Made by a program: the position numbers and the translations under genes. Shown here piece by piece: positions 17,710 to 27,610 of a stretch of 64,000 bases of DNA. The DNA lies in assembly GCA_964407695.1 (NCBI GenBank), contig CAYOWQ010000001.1, forward strand, positions 374,160-438,159, read 5' to 3'. The notes beneath the pieces are model-generated. The model searched no databases. It was not told where the DNA came from and saw only the letters and a program-made list of their open reading frames with translations. The first letter of the stretch is position 1. The number at the start of each line of letters is the position of its first letter. Source of the DNA: an uncultured Isosphaeraceae bacterium (GTDB taxonomy: Bacteria; Planctomycetota; Phycisphaerae; Phycisphaerales; SM1A02).

Positions 17710-19665
17710 ATGCAGCAGCGATTCGGAATCAAAGATCTTGTCGTCATCGTGCTCCTTCTGGTGATCAGCGCGAGCATCTGGATTGGGATGTTCCAACGCG
17801 ATCGCGAATGGAAGAACCTGCTGGCCATCCAGAGCAAATTAGGCCAACTGGAGAACGACGTCGCGCGGCTGACGGGCAAAGTGGCGGAGATCAAGATTCC
17901 AGCGCCGGTCGTGATGCACGCATCGCCGACGGCTCCGTCAGCGGAACACAGTTCCACACCACCCAAGGGCGATGGAAATCCCAGCGCTGCGTCCGTGGAA
18001 TGGGCGCGTCCCGGTGTTGCGGTCACGATGGCCAAGCCGTATGAACCGGGTCGCGACCCGCGCCTGCAGGCGGGGTTCGCGGAAGGCGGGGAGTTTACGG
18101 AGATCTTTGAAGCACAGATGCCGAAGGTGGTTCCGTATCTGTCGACAGACAATTATTCGCGACGGGCCATTGATCTCGTCTGCGACACCTTCGCGGATTT
18201 CGACCCCAACACGCTGGAGTTGAAGGGGGTCCTGGCCGAGGCGTGGCAGTTCGACCCTCAGGGCCTGTGGCTCCGCATCAAGATTCGGGATGACGCTGTT
18301 TTCTCCGACGGCACTCCGGTCACCGCCGAAGATGTGCGATGGACGTTTCAAGACTATGTGATGAACCAGACGCTTGAGACCGAGCGATATCGATCGACGC
18401 TGCGGGATCAGATCAACCGGTGCGTGGTCATCTCGCCCAAGGTTGTCGAGTGGGAGTTCAAGGAGGCGCTTTTTTCAAATCTCGAATCCGGGCTGACCCA
18501 ATGGATCCTTCCAAAGCACTTCTATTCACAGTTCAGCGGCGAGCAACTGAACCAGGCAACCGGTCTGCTCATGGGTTCCGGACCGTTCATGGTTGAAGGA
18601 CTTGATCCGGATCGGCAATGGGCGCCGCCGGCCCCATTGAAGCTGGTGCGCAATCCGCGGTATTGGGGATTGCGACCGCCGCTGGATGCGATCCGATATC
18701 TTGCGATCAATGATGAACTTGGCCGCGTAACCGCATTTCGCAACGGCGAAGCGGAGATGGTGACGCCATCCGCGCCGCAGTTCAGGGCGTTGACCAGGAC
18801 GGCAGGGTGGGATCGGGAGGCTCAATCGCTGAACTGGATCAACATGCGGTCGGGCAATTCATTCATTGCGTGGAATTGCGGCGAGCGTGGATCGACCGGC
18901 AAGCTGACACCGTTTCACGACAAAAAGGTGCGACAGGCGATGACCTACCTTCTGAATCGAGAGAAGATGGTGCAGGACATCTGGGATGGCGTCGGCATGG
19001 TGAGCAAGGGCGTTGCCAACCCGTCATCGCCGGCGTCGCCGCCAGACATGGAGCCGTATCCCTATGACGTGGCAAAGGGGAAGGCGCTGTTGCGCGAGGC
19101 CGGTTGGGAGGATCGAGACGGAAACGGAATTCTCGAGGATCCGCAGGGGAATGAGTTCGTCTTCGAGTTCACCTATTCCTCGGGCGGTGAGATTTCGCAG
19201 CGGATTGCGGTGTTTGTGCAGGATGCGTACGCTCGGGCGGGAATCAAGGTGACGCTGCATCCGATCGACTGGTCGATCGGCGACAGCATTCGCAACGCGC
19301 GTGATTTCGACGCCTTTACGATGGCCTGGGGCGCCAATGCCCCGGAGAGCGACCCTCGGCAGATCTGGCATTCCGAATCGATCAAGAACGGCGGCGACAA
19401 CTTCATTCAGTGGAATTGCCCTGAGGCTGACAAGCAGATCGATGCCGGCCGGCGCGAGCTCGATTACGAGAAGCGAATGAAGATCTGGCATCAATTCGAG
19501 TATGTGGTCGCCGACGAGCAGCCATACACCTGGATCCGTGTTCAGCCGTACCTGCGGTTCATTTCACCGAAGATTGGGAATGTCAATCCGTTTCGGAAGG
19601 GACCGGAGATCCGGGAGTTCTTCCGCCTGAGCGGCGGTCCATCGACCCCCATGTCCGGCGGCTGA
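17710..19665 (+). CDS. ABC transporter substrate-binding protein, family 5 (OppA/DppA-like), membrane-anchored
   Basis: N-terminal TM LVVIVLLLVISASIWIG and a coiled-coil stretch, then an SBP_bac_5-like body (FSDGTPVTAEDVRWTF, WGANAPESDP). Confidence 0.85.
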   Translation: MQQRFGIKDLVVIVLLLVISASIWIGMFQRDREWKNLLAIQSKLGQLENDVARLTGKVAEIKIPAPVVMHASPTAPSAEHSSTPPKGDGNPSAASVEWARPGVAVTMAKPYEPGRDPRLQAGFAEGGEFTEIFEAQMPKVVPYLSTDNYSRRAIDLVCDTFADFDPNTLELKGVLAEAWQFDPQGLWLRIKIRDDAVFSDGTPVTAEDVRWTFQDYVMNQTLETERYRSTLRDQINRCVVISPKVVEWEFKEALFSNLESGLTQWILPKHFYSQFSGEQLNQATGLLMGSGPFMVEGLDPDRQWAPPAPLKLVRNPRYWGLRPPLDAIRYLAINDELGRVTAFRNGEAEMVTPSAPQFRALTRTAGWDREAQSLNWINMRSGNSFIAWNCGERGSTGKLTPFHDKKVRQAMTYLLNREKMVQDIWDGVGMVSKGVANPSSPASPPDMEPYPYDVAKGKALLREAGWEDRDGNGILEDPQGNEFVFEFTYSSGGEISQRIAVFVQDAYARAGIKVTLHPIDWSIGDSIRNARDFDAFTMAWGANAPESDPRQIWHSESIKNGGDNFIQWNCPEADKQIDAGRRELDYEKRMKIWHQFEYVVADEQPYTWIRVQPYLRFISPKIGNVNPFRKGPEIREFFRLSGGPSTPMSGG

Positions 19666-19713
19666 GCCACTTCTTGACCCGGAGCGCCCTGTTCAAGAGG
19701 GCTGTGATCTCGC

Positions 19714-21228
19714 ATGCTCACCTACATTATTCGACGAGTGCTGCTGATGATCCCGACGTTGCTCGGGATCACCTTTCTCGTCTTCATGTTGGTGGCGTTG
19801 GCGCCGGGAGGAATCGGGGCAGCGCTGAAGGCGTCGGGGGGCATGCTGCAACCGGGGTCGAGTCGGGCGGCACAGGAGGCGTATCTCGAGGATCGGTATG
19901 GACTGGATGCGCCGGCGCCGGTGCAATACATCCGATGGCTGGCCAGGATTTCGCCAATCAAGTTCGGGCAGCAGGATCAGGTGTTGCCGAGCGGGGATCT
20001 GATTCGGCCGCCGAAGGACCTGAATGAGCCGCCGAAATGGGAATGGTTCACCGAGAAGCTTCCCGAGGCCGACACGAACGCAATCGCGATGCCGGAAACG
20101 GGGAGCACGGTTGAGAGATATCGTGCGGTGGAACGAGGAAATTCGGACCTCCGCGGCGAGTACATCGTGGCCGCCGCGGTTTACAAGGAAGCCTTGGTGG
20201 CGTATGCCAAGGCGACCAAGAATTACTCGGCCGTCAATGGCGATGGCAAGATTGTTCCGTCGCATCTTCCAGACCAGCCGGATCGATCATCTTCGGAGTG
20301 GGGCAACGTGGAGCGAACGGGTCTGCGGACGATGAAGGCCTATTCCGCGGCCCGCGCGGGTCAGGAGCTGTTGAAGGAGGCATTTGAGGCCAAGCCGTAT
20401 CCGGAGGCGGGGTTCGCCATCATTCCGGGGGTGATCAGCATTGGCTGGCCGGATTTCGGGTTTGCCTATTCGCGGACGCGCCCGGTGACGGCATTGCTTG
20501 GAGAAGCGCTTCCGGTGACGCTGCTTCTGAATCTGACTGCGTTTCCCATCATCTATCTTGTCGCAATCCCAGCAGGCATGCTGGCGTCAGCCCGGCGAGG
20601 CACCTGGATTGATTCGGTACTTGGGGCGAAATTCATCGTCCTGTGGTCGTTTCCGGTGGTGTTGGCGGGGGTGCTGTGTCTCGGGTTTCTCGCCAGCAAG
20701 GAATATCTGGGATGGTTCCCGTCCAACGCGCTGCACGACAAGATGGCGGACACGTTTGCTTTACTGCCGAGTTTCACCGAGGCCGGATTCGAGCGCGGAT
20801 ACCTGCTTGATACGTTGTGGCACATGTGCCTGCCGGTCTTGTGCCTGGTGTATGGTCAGTTCGCCCTGCTCTCCAAACAGACGCGGGCGGCCATGCTGGA
20901 CAATTCCAATGCCGACTACGTGCGGACCGCGCGGGCGAAGGGCGTGGCGAGCCGGGATGTGCTCTTCAGGCACATCTTTCGCAACAGTCTCCTGCCATTG
21001 ATCACGATGTTTGTTTCACTGTTTCCCGCGATCCTTGCCGGCAGTGTGATTGTGGAGCGGATCTTTTCCGTGCCCGGGATGGGATGGCTAACGATTGAAG
21101 CGATCAACCTTCGGGATCGCGAGCTGCTCCTCGCCAACACGTTGATGATCGCCACGGTGAACCTGTTTGCGCTGCTCCTGGCCGACATCCTGTACGCCGT
21201 TGCCGACCCGCGAATCTCATACGAATAG
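19714..21228 (+). CDS. Peptide ABC transporter permease, OppB/DppB type, with a long periplasmic loop
   Basis: MLTYIIRRVLLMIPTLLGITFLVF. EAA region YVRTARAKGVASRDVLFRHIFRN. More than 200 aa separate TM1 and TM2. Confidence 0.88.
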   Translation: MLTYIIRRVLLMIPTLLGITFLVFMLVALAPGGIGAALKASGGMLQPGSSRAAQEAYLEDRYGLDAPAPVQYIRWLARISPIKFGQQDQVLPSGDLIRPPKDLNEPPKWEWFTEKLPEADTNAIAMPETGSTVERYRAVERGNSDLRGEYIVAAAVYKEALVAYAKATKNYSAVNGDGKIVPSHLPDQPDRSSSEWGNVERTGLRTMKAYSAARAGQELLKEAFEAKPYPEAGFAIIPGVISIGWPDFGFAYSRTRPVTALLGEALPVTLLLNLTAFPIIYLVAIPAGMLASARRGTWIDSVLGAKFIVLWSFPVVLAGVLCLGFLASKEYLGWFPSNALHDKMADTFALLPSFTEAGFERGYLLDTLWHMCLPVLCLVYGQFALLSKQTRAAMLDNSNADYVRTARAKGVASRDVLFRHIFRNSLLPLITMFVSLFPAILAGSVIVERIFSVPGMGWLTIEAINLRDRELLLANTLMIATVNLFALLLADILYAVADPRISYE

Positions 21229-22901
21229 TGCATCCCGTGGCGACCCAACAAGAATCTCAGGCTGTGCGACTCTCGGGAATTGACGTCATGCGCGGCGTCG
21301 GCCTGACACCGGCAAAGCCTTTCTGGGCGGACGCCTGGAGCCGGGTGATCAAACGGAGAGGAGCCATCTTCGGCCTCTGTTGGATCGTGGTTGTTCTTTT
21401 CTTCGCGGTCTTTGCACCATTGATAGCGAATGGACATCCGATCCTCTTGCGAACCATCGGGCCGGACGGGTCCATCCTGAGCACGTCTTCTCCGCTGGTG
21501 AACAATCTGGGTTCGACGGATGTCGCGTTGCTGGCGTTTTTCGGTGTCTTTACAGCATGGTGGTTTCTGCCGCAGAGCCGGTCGTGGGTAGCGCCGGTGG
21601 CGTGTGCGGCGGTGTTTTCGATGGCGGCGCTGGCCTGGGGAATTCATCAGCGATCGCTTGGCGGCTGGTCGATGACGGACCCGTGGCCGAAACTGGGCAT
21701 CGTCAGCCTTGCCGCGCTTTCGCTTGCGGCCGTGGGGATGGTTGTTCCGAGAAACAGGAGATTCGTCGCCGCGCTCTTGGTGTTTGCCCAGATGATCGTT
21801 GTGCTGGTGGTCACGTACGTGCTGATCAACCGCATGTCGCAGCGAGACTTGTCGGATCTGTTTCAATGGATGAAGGCTGACAGGTTGATTGCGTTCCACG
21901 CGTCGGCGGGCGTTGCGCTGCTGGTGGCGTTGGTCTTCGTTGCAGTTCCGGGCATTGCCCTGGGGGTGAGACGGCTCGGCGTCGTGATGTCGACGGCGGT
22001 GCTGGCGGCGTCGGTGAGCGCGATGACGTGGTCGCGTCCACTGGAGACGTTTGCCTATCCTGAGCGGGAGGCGGCGGGTGAGGTTGAGGCGACGTACGTC
22101 CCAATCCCGTTTTCGCCAAACCAGAGATTCAGCGAGCTAAATCGCATCGAACCGCTTCGAAAGCTGAGCGCTTCTCCTACCTATCCGGTTGACTCGAGAC
22201 CCGGGCGCCGGACGTTCATCCTGGGAACCGATGCGTTGGGGGCCGATGTGCTGAGTCAAATGATTCACGCTTGTCGGCTTTCGATCTCCATCGGGCTTGT
22301 GTCCACCAGCATTGCGGTCCTGATCGGGGTGACGATCGGGGCGTTGATGGGTTATTTCGGCGGTTGGGTGGACCTGGTGCTGTTCCGCGTGGTGGAGATC
22401 TTCATGGCGGTGCCGGTCCTGTTTCTGCTGATTGTTGCGGTGGCGGTGCTGCCGGAGGAGTTGCGCAGCACGTACGTGATCATGGCCATCATCGGTTGCT
22501 TTACATGGACGAGCGCCGCGAGGTTTACCCGAGCGGAATTCCTCAAGCTGCGGAGCCAGGACTTCGTGCAGGCGGCCACGGCGGTGGGTCTCCCGCTTCG
22601 GGCGGTTCTCTTCAAGCACATGCTTCCAAACGGGGTGACGCCGGTGCTGGTGGATGCGTCGTTTCTTATTGCGGCGGCGATTCTCGCCGAGGCGACGCTG
22701 TCGTATCTGGGCATCGGGCCGGTGGATCAGCCGTCGTGGGGCAAGCTGCTCTCCAGTGCTGCGAATACGGAAGGTGTCTTCAAGTGGTGGCTTGCAATCT
22801 TTCCGGGCATGGCCATCTTCCTTACGGTGTTGTCGTACAACCTGATCGGCGAAGCGCTCCGCGATGCGATTGATCCGAAGCTCAGAAAGGCTGCTCACTG
22901 A
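21228..22901 (+). CDS. Peptide ABC transporter permease, OppC/DppC type (copy 2), with a multi-helix insertion
   Basis: GTG 21228 overlaps the upstream TAG (ATG 21288 is an alternative start). LGTDALGADV box only at about aa 331. EAA region VQAATAVGLPLRAVLFKHMLPN. Confidence 0.82.
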   Translation: MHPVATQQESQAVRLSGIDVMRGVGLTPAKPFWADAWSRVIKRRGAIFGLCWIVVVLFFAVFAPLIANGHPILLRTIGPDGSILSTSSPLVNNLGSTDVALLAFFGVFTAWWFLPQSRSWVAPVACAAVFSMAALAWGIHQRSLGGWSMTDPWPKLGIVSLAALSLAAVGMVVPRNRRFVAALLVFAQMIVVLVVTYVLINRMSQRDLSDLFQWMKADRLIAFHASAGVALLVALVFVAVPGIALGVRRLGVVMSTAVLAASVSAMTWSRPLETFAYPEREAAGEVEATYVPIPFSPNQRFSELNRIEPLRKLSASPTYPVDSRPGRRTFILGTDALGADVLSQMIHACRLSISIGLVSTSIAVLIGVTIGALMGYFGGWVDLVLFRVVEIFMAVPVLFLLIVAVAVLPEELRSTYVIMAIIGCFTWTSAARFTRAEFLKLRSQDFVQAATAVGLPLRAVLFKHMLPNGVTPVLVDASFLIAAAILAEATLSYLGIGPVDQPSWGKLLSSAANTEGVFKWWLAIFPGMAIFLTVLSYNLIGEALRDAIDPKLRKAAH

Positions 22902-23984
22902 ATGGGAAAGCCGCTGCTTGAAGTCAGCAATCTCGCGGTGTCGTTCGATATCTCGGGCGGCGCTGCGCTCGGGACGCGCGTGCAGGCGGTGAACGGTGTA
23001 TCAATGACCATCTATCCGCGGCAGACGCTGGCCGTGGTGGGGGAGTCGGGGTGCGGCAAGTCAGTGACGGCGATGAGCACGATGCAGTTGATACCGCGGC
23101 CGCCGGGTCATTTTGATTCGGGAACCATCTTGTTTGAGGGGAAGGACCTGCTGACCTATTCCGAGCGCGAGATGCTGAAGGTCCGTGGGAAAGACATTGC
23201 GATGATCTTTCAGGAGCCAATGACGTCGCTCAATCCTGTCTACACCGTGGGTGATCAGATCATGGAGGCGATTCTGCTGCACCAGAGTGTCGCCGAGCGG
23301 GACGCCCGCGAGATTGCCATGCAGGCGATGCGCGACGTGGGGATTCCCAAGGTCGAGGATCGAATTGACGCATATCCCCATCAATTCTCGGGTGGTATGA
23401 GACAGCGGGTAATGATCGCGATGGCCCTGGCGTGCCAGCCGAAACTGCTGCTTGCCGACGAGCCGACGACAGCGCTGGACGTCACGATCCAGGCGCAGAT
23501 TCTGGAATTGCTTCGGGATCTTCAGCGTCGGCGCGACATGGGAATCATGCTGATTACACACAATCTCGGCGTGGTGGCGGAAAACGCCGATGTCGTGTGC
23601 GTGATGTATGCCGGCCGTGTGGTGGAATACGCCAAGGTATACGATCTTTTCGACCGGCCGCTTCATCCGTATACGCGCGGCCTTTTCAGTTCGATTCCCT
23701 CATTGCTGGAGAGCAAGCATCGCCTGACGACCGTGGATGAAGTGGTTGGAAATCCGGCGGAATTCCGCAAGCTTCCCGGTGCCGAGAAGGGGGTCATTCC
23801 CTGGTGGCCGACGCATTCTGCGCCCGAGGGGATGGCGCAAATGCCCGGTGGACCGGATGCCATTCTGCACGAGGTCGAGCCGGATCACTGGGTGTGCTGT
23901 TGGCGAACCGAGTATGTTGAGGGCCATCCGACCCGGCGACCGGACATTGATTTTCGCCGCGACGACCTGATCGACGCCGCGTGA
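22902..23984 (+). CDS. Peptide ABC transporter ATP-binding protein, OppD/DppD type
   Basis: Walker [10 protein letters not shown], signature FSGGMRQR, Walker [13 protein letters not shown], and an oligopeptide C-terminal extension HPYTRGL. Confidence 0.92.
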   Translation: MGKPLLEVSNLAVSFDISGGAALGTRVQAVNGVSMTIYPRQTLAVVGESGCGKSVTAMSTMQLIPRPPGHFDSGTILFEGKDLLTYSEREMLKVRGKDIAMIFQEPMTSLNPVYTVGDQIMEAILLHQSVAERDAREIAMQAMRDVGIPKVEDRIDAYPHQFSGGMRQRVMIAMALACQPKLLLADEPTTALDVTIQAQILELLRDLQRRRDMGIMLITHNLGVVAENADVVCVMYAGRVVEYAKVYDLFDRPLHPYTRGLFSSIPSLLESKHRLTTVDEVVGNPAEFRKLPGAEKGVIPWWPTHSAPEGMAQMPGGPDAILHEVEPDHWVCCWRTEYVEGHPTRRPDIDFRRDDLIDAA

Positions 23985-23991
23985 GACATGA

Positions 23992-25110
23992 CTACATTTT
24001 CGTGCTGGTCCGGGCCTCGGATACGTGTTGTTCAACCCATGCCGAGAACTCGTTTCGAAATCGCTCGGGCCGGAATCGCTCGGCGTGTCTTCGAATGATC
24101 TCCCGGTCCCATTGAACGGCCTCTGCCTGGCGGATGGCGTCGCGAATGGCGCCGGGCGAGGCGGTCTTGAAGAGAATTCCGGTCTCGCCGTGAACGACGG
24201 AATCCCGCGCTCCACCTTTACCCAGGGCGAGCACCGGAGTTCCGCAGCTCATGGCCTCGACAAGGACGATTCCGAAGTCCTCGACGCCGGCAAACACCAT
24301 CGCCTGAGCCCTTGAAAGTAGACTTCGGACGTCGTCATCACTCAGGCGACCGGGCAGTTCGACGTTCTCAGGCGCCGAAAGGCGCAGCTGCTCGAGGCAG
24401 CTTCCCTCGCCGACAACGACCAACCGCCTCCCCGCGAGGCCTCGAAATGCCTCAATGACGAGGTCGGCGCGCTTGTAGGGCACCAGCCGCGAGATGTGAA
24501 CATAGAGTCCGGGTTCCCGATCGTGTCCAATGGCGAATCGATCCACCGCAACTGGGGGGTGAATGACGGTGCTTTCGCGGCCATACGACGAACGAATGCG
24601 GTCCGCAATGAAATGGCTGTTGGCCGCGAACGCGGAGACGCGGGCGGCAGTCCGGCGATCCCATTCGCGGAGCCGGCTCAGGGCAGGGCCGGCGATCCAT
24701 CGGCGCAGCGCCTTGAGTCCGCCTCCGGCGAGGTATTCGTCTCGCATGTCCCAGGCATAACGCATTGGGGTGTGGCAATAGCAGAGGTGGGTCTGGCCGA
24801 CTCTGGTTCGCACGCCCTTGGCGACGGCGTGGGAGCTTGAAAGGATGAGGTCGTACTCCTTGAGGTTGAGTCGCTCGATGGCCCAGGGAAAGAAGGGGAG
24901 ATAGGCTCTGAACCGTTTTTCGGCGAGCGGAAGCTTCTGCACCCAAGTGGTCGTGGCGTGCTTGCCTTGAATGAAGCCTCGGTCGGCATCAGGCAGAAAA
25001 TCGACGAGGCTGAAGAGGTCGGCCCCGGGATACAGGAGGAGCATCTGTTCGGTTACGCGCTCCGCCCCCGCGTAGGTCACCAACCAATCGTGGACGAGGG
25101 CGATGCGCAT
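23992..25110 (-). CDS. Glycosyltransferase family 4 (GT-B)
   Basis: MRIALVHDWLVTYAGAERV N-terminus and C-terminal EDFGIVLVEAMSCGTPVLA (E-x7-E region). Confidence 0.88.
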   Translation of the reverse strand: MRIALVHDWLVTYAGAERVTEQMLLLYPGADLFSLVDFLPDADRGFIQGKHATTTWVQKLPLAEKRFRAYLPFFPWAIERLNLKEYDLILSSSHAVAKGVRTRVGQTHLCYCHTPMRYAWDMRDEYLAGGGLKALRRWIAGPALSRLREWDRRTAARVSAFAANSHFIADRIRSSYGRESTVIHPPVAVDRFAIGHDREPGLYVHISRLVPYKRADLVIEAFRGLAGRRLVVVGEGSCLEQLRLSAPENVELPGRLSDDDVRSLLSRAQAMVFAGVEDFGIVLVEAMSCGTPVLALGKGGARDSVVHGETGILFKTASPGAIRDAIRQAEAVQWDREIIRRHAERFRPERFRNEFSAWVEQHVSEARTSTKM

Positions 25111-25163
25111 GGGTCGTGGGCGACAAACCGGCGGCGGGACCGGGCGGCGTTCGCATGGGGATG

Positions 25164-25198
25164 AAAAAACGCCACAGCCAGTCGGCGCGGCGTTTTTT
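25164..25198 (-). terminator. Bidirectional intrinsic terminator between tRNA-Gly and the GT4 gene
   Basis: AAAAAACGCC-15nt loop-GGCGTTTTTT. A-tract and T-tract flank a GC stem, so it can act on either strand. Confidence 0.7.
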
Positions 25199-25201
25199 CA
25201 A

Positions 25202-25273
25202 AGCGGGTGAAGGGACTTGAACCCTCGACATTCACGTTGGCAACGTGACGCTCTACCACTGAGCTACACCCGC
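25202..25273 (-). tRNA. tRNA-Gly (anticodon GCC), CCA not encoded
   Basis: Reverse complement GCGGGTG-TA-GCTC-AGTGGTA-GAGC-G-TCACG-TTGCCAA-CGTGA-ATGTC-GAGGG-TTCAAGT-CCCTT-CACCCGC-T folds as a 72-nt cloverleaf. Confidence 0.93.
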
Positions 25274-25357
25274 GAGGGGACGGAGAGTATAGCAGGGGGG
25301 GTAGGGGGTGCCAACGGGTTCGTGGGCTGCCACGGGGCCTGGCCGCGGGGACGGCGG

Positions 25358-25999
25358 TCAGGTCCCAGAATGTGCGGCGAGGGCGGCCAGGAGGACTCTC
25401 CATTCGGCATACCGGTATGTCAGGGCGAATCGCTGGTGAATCGACCGAATGGCCTGGTGGCACTCTTCGTACAGTTCACGCTCCCACGAAGCAGCCTTCG
25501 GATCGCAGAAGAACAGGCGGCAGGCGGCGGGTCGGATGGCATGGATGCCGCATCGGCCAGTTGAGTCGGCCCCATGTCTCACAAGGAACGGGCATCGGCC
25601 GCGTTCGAATGAACTGGCGATTTCCACCCGGGTCGGTGTGCCCTGAAGTCGAGCCCAGGTCCAGGCGGCCTCGAGTCCGGTAAGGAACAGGCGGTGCCCG
25701 AAGGCTTCGAAATGGCAGCAGCAGCCGCTGGCGATGCAAAGTGGTCGGTGTTGTCGGACTGCTCGGGCGATTCGTCCATTCTGTGCATCCAGTTCGGATG
25801 CTACGGCCACATTCCCGGCAGCCGAGAGCCACTCGGCCACGTGGGGGACCATGGACAGGACCTCCGAGTTGACCGCATGATTGAAAGGGAGATTTTTGGC
25901 CGGACCTTCATCAGAGAATGTTCCGAAGACCGGAAGTCGGATCGACTCCATCGACGGCTGGCCCCGCTGAGCCGGGGATGATCCATCTGGGTCTGTCAC
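25358..25999 (-). CDS. YkgJ-family cysteine-cluster protein, variant motif
   Basis: GTG start overlaps the upstream stop (GTGA). CIASGCCCHFE, RCPFLV, GRCGIHAIRPAACRLFFC. Confidence 0.72.
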   Translation of the reverse strand: MTDPDGSSPAQRGQPSMESIRLPVFGTFSDEGPAKNLPFNHAVNSEVLSMVPHVAEWLSAAGNVAVASELDAQNGRIARAVRQHRPLCIASGCCCHFEAFGHRLFLTGLEAAWTWARLQGTPTRVEIASSFERGRCPFLVRHGADSTGRCGIHAIRPAACRLFFCDPKAASWERELYEECHQAIRSIHQRFALTYRYAEWRVLLAALAAHSGT

Positions 26000-26478
26000 A
26001 GTGGCGATGCATTTCGTTGAATGCGAATGTGCTCAATGGGATAGAGTCTGCCCTCGTTCATCCCGGGGCATGGCGTCCGTCGCTTCACGGCTTCCCAGGC
26101 TCGACGCGAGGTGAGATTCTCCGGCCAGAACGGCCAGGTGCGGCATTGTGATGGCCGTGCCAAGTAGACGCCGCAAACGGCCTTGCCGGGGAGCTTCTTT
26201 CGATCGAGGAATTCGCAGTCATTGCCGAAGGACGTCGGCACCTCGTTCAGACTGCGTCGAATGCCCACAAGTCGGGTATGGTTCTCGATGAATTCATTGA
26301 ATGGCATGTCCAGGTAGGCCGCGATGGCCGCCGCCTCCTCGTCGGTGACCCAGACGACACCTTCGGGGCCGGTACAGCAGTTGCCGCATTGCGTGCATTC
26401 GAATTTCAGCCCGTCGCGGTACCATTCGACGGCATCAGAACGTTCCATCGGCTTTCCGGAACCATGTGACTCAGCCAT
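25996..26478 (-). CDS. YkgJ-family cysteine-cluster protein (canonical CxxCxxCC)
   Basis: Trimmed to ATG 26478 (MAESHGSGKP...), which overlaps the upstream stop by 8 nt. CTQCGNCC, CEFLD, CGVYLARPSQCRTWPFWP. Confidence 0.8.
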   Translation of the reverse strand: MAESHGSGKPMERSDAVEWYRDGLKFECTQCGNCCTGPEGVVWVTDEEAAAIAAYLDMPFNEFIENHTRLVGIRRSLNEVPTSFGNDCEFLDRKKLPGKAVCGVYLARPSQCRTWPFWPENLTSRRAWEAVKRRTPCPGMNEGRLYPIEHIRIQRNASPL

Positions 26479-27556
26479 GAGGACCTCGGGGGAATTCGGT
26501 TTCGGGATCGGTGGGGTTGCGCGGGGGCTGGGGCGACCGCGGCGGTGCGCCGGTTGAGCCGCCGCCGGACGGGCCGGATTTCTGCGGATCTCCCCATTCG
26601 TCGATCTGCACCAGGTGCACCTGCGGGCGATTTCTGCGAAACGGCAAATCGGCGAGTTCATTCGGTCGATCGTCGAAGCCGACGCGATCCAGGGAATATA
26701 CCTCGCCGAACACCCATTGAGGGTACTCAGCCAGCGTGTCGTAGATCATGCGCTCGATGTCGCTCATGCTTGCCGCGGTGGCCCAGATCGACACATAGGC
26801 GCCGCGCTCGGGATCGCCATCCGCCCGCTCCACCAGCACGTAGGCATGCCAGAGCGTCAGACCGAGGCGTCGGCCGCTCTCATCGACATTTGTTTCAGGG
26901 TCGATATTCAGCTCAAGGTCCCACATCTGCCTCAACTGCAGGAGCAACTCATCGAGATCGGGCGAATGTTCATCGATGATCTCGAGGACCTCGCGGATCT
27001 GGGTCGGCGGATTGAATTCGTCGTACTCTTCTTCAAGAGGCCATGTCTCGGGCACTTCCTCGAGCTCAAACGATCCGAGCATGGCCTCCACATCATTGCG
27101 AAGGTCGGAGGGCACGTGAATTGAAAGTGTCTTCCACGAATCCAGGAAGACCTCGACGAACGGCTCCTCGCTGTTGGCGCCGACGCCGATGGACGCATCC
27201 TCCATGAGGATGTCCTTGAATGCGGCCCAGACCTCGAGGAAGTCGGCGACAGGAATCGGTTCGCGGGCGAGGAACACATCGAGCGATCGGTAGGCGTCCC
27301 GTGATCCAACCTCGACAATGGGGGTTACTTCATCCGGAAGGAAATCAAACGCACGGTCGATGATCGGCCGAAGTCGCGAATGCGAGACGACAATCTGGAA
27401 CGAATAGGTGTCGGGGTCATCGTCCTGCCCGGGATTGAAGGACACCGTATACCCCTGCATCGGGGCGTTCAGGCTCTTCGGTTCGATGCCCAGAGGCAAC
27501 TCAAATCCGTCGACAACGGCGCGGGTCAGATCCCGCCTGAGGCGAAAGTCTCGCAT
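26471..27556 (-). CDS. Hypothetical acidic cytoplasmic protein with a P/G-rich tail
   Basis: 361-aa ORF with no signal peptide or TM helix, rich in D/E. First gene of a translationally coupled trio. No recognised domain. Confidence 0.6.
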   Translation of the reverse strand: MRDFRLRRDLTRAVVDGFELPLGIEPKSLNAPMQGYTVSFNPGQDDDPDTYSFQIVVSHSRLRPIIDRAFDFLPDEVTPIVEVGSRDAYRSLDVFLAREPIPVADFLEVWAAFKDILMEDASIGVGANSEEPFVEVFLDSWKTLSIHVPSDLRNDVEAMLGSFELEEVPETWPLEEEYDEFNPPTQIREVLEIIDEHSPDLDELLLQLRQMWDLELNIDPETNVDESGRRLGLTLWHAYVLVERADGDPERGAYVSIWATAASMSDIERMIYDTLAEYPQWVFGEVYSLDRVGFDDRPNELADLPFRRNRPQVHLVQIDEWGDPQKSGPSGGGSTGAPPRSPQPPRNPTDPETEFPRGPHG

Positions 27557-27610
27557 TCAACCAGCATGCTAGCGGCAATCATGCCTGGAGTGAATGCGCC
27601 GGCTTTCGTC

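Noticed and set aside
25111-25357. tRNA-Gly as an integration site for a genomic island
   Set aside because: No integrase, no repeat of the tRNA 3' end and no compositional break are visible on either side. The flanking genes are ordinary.
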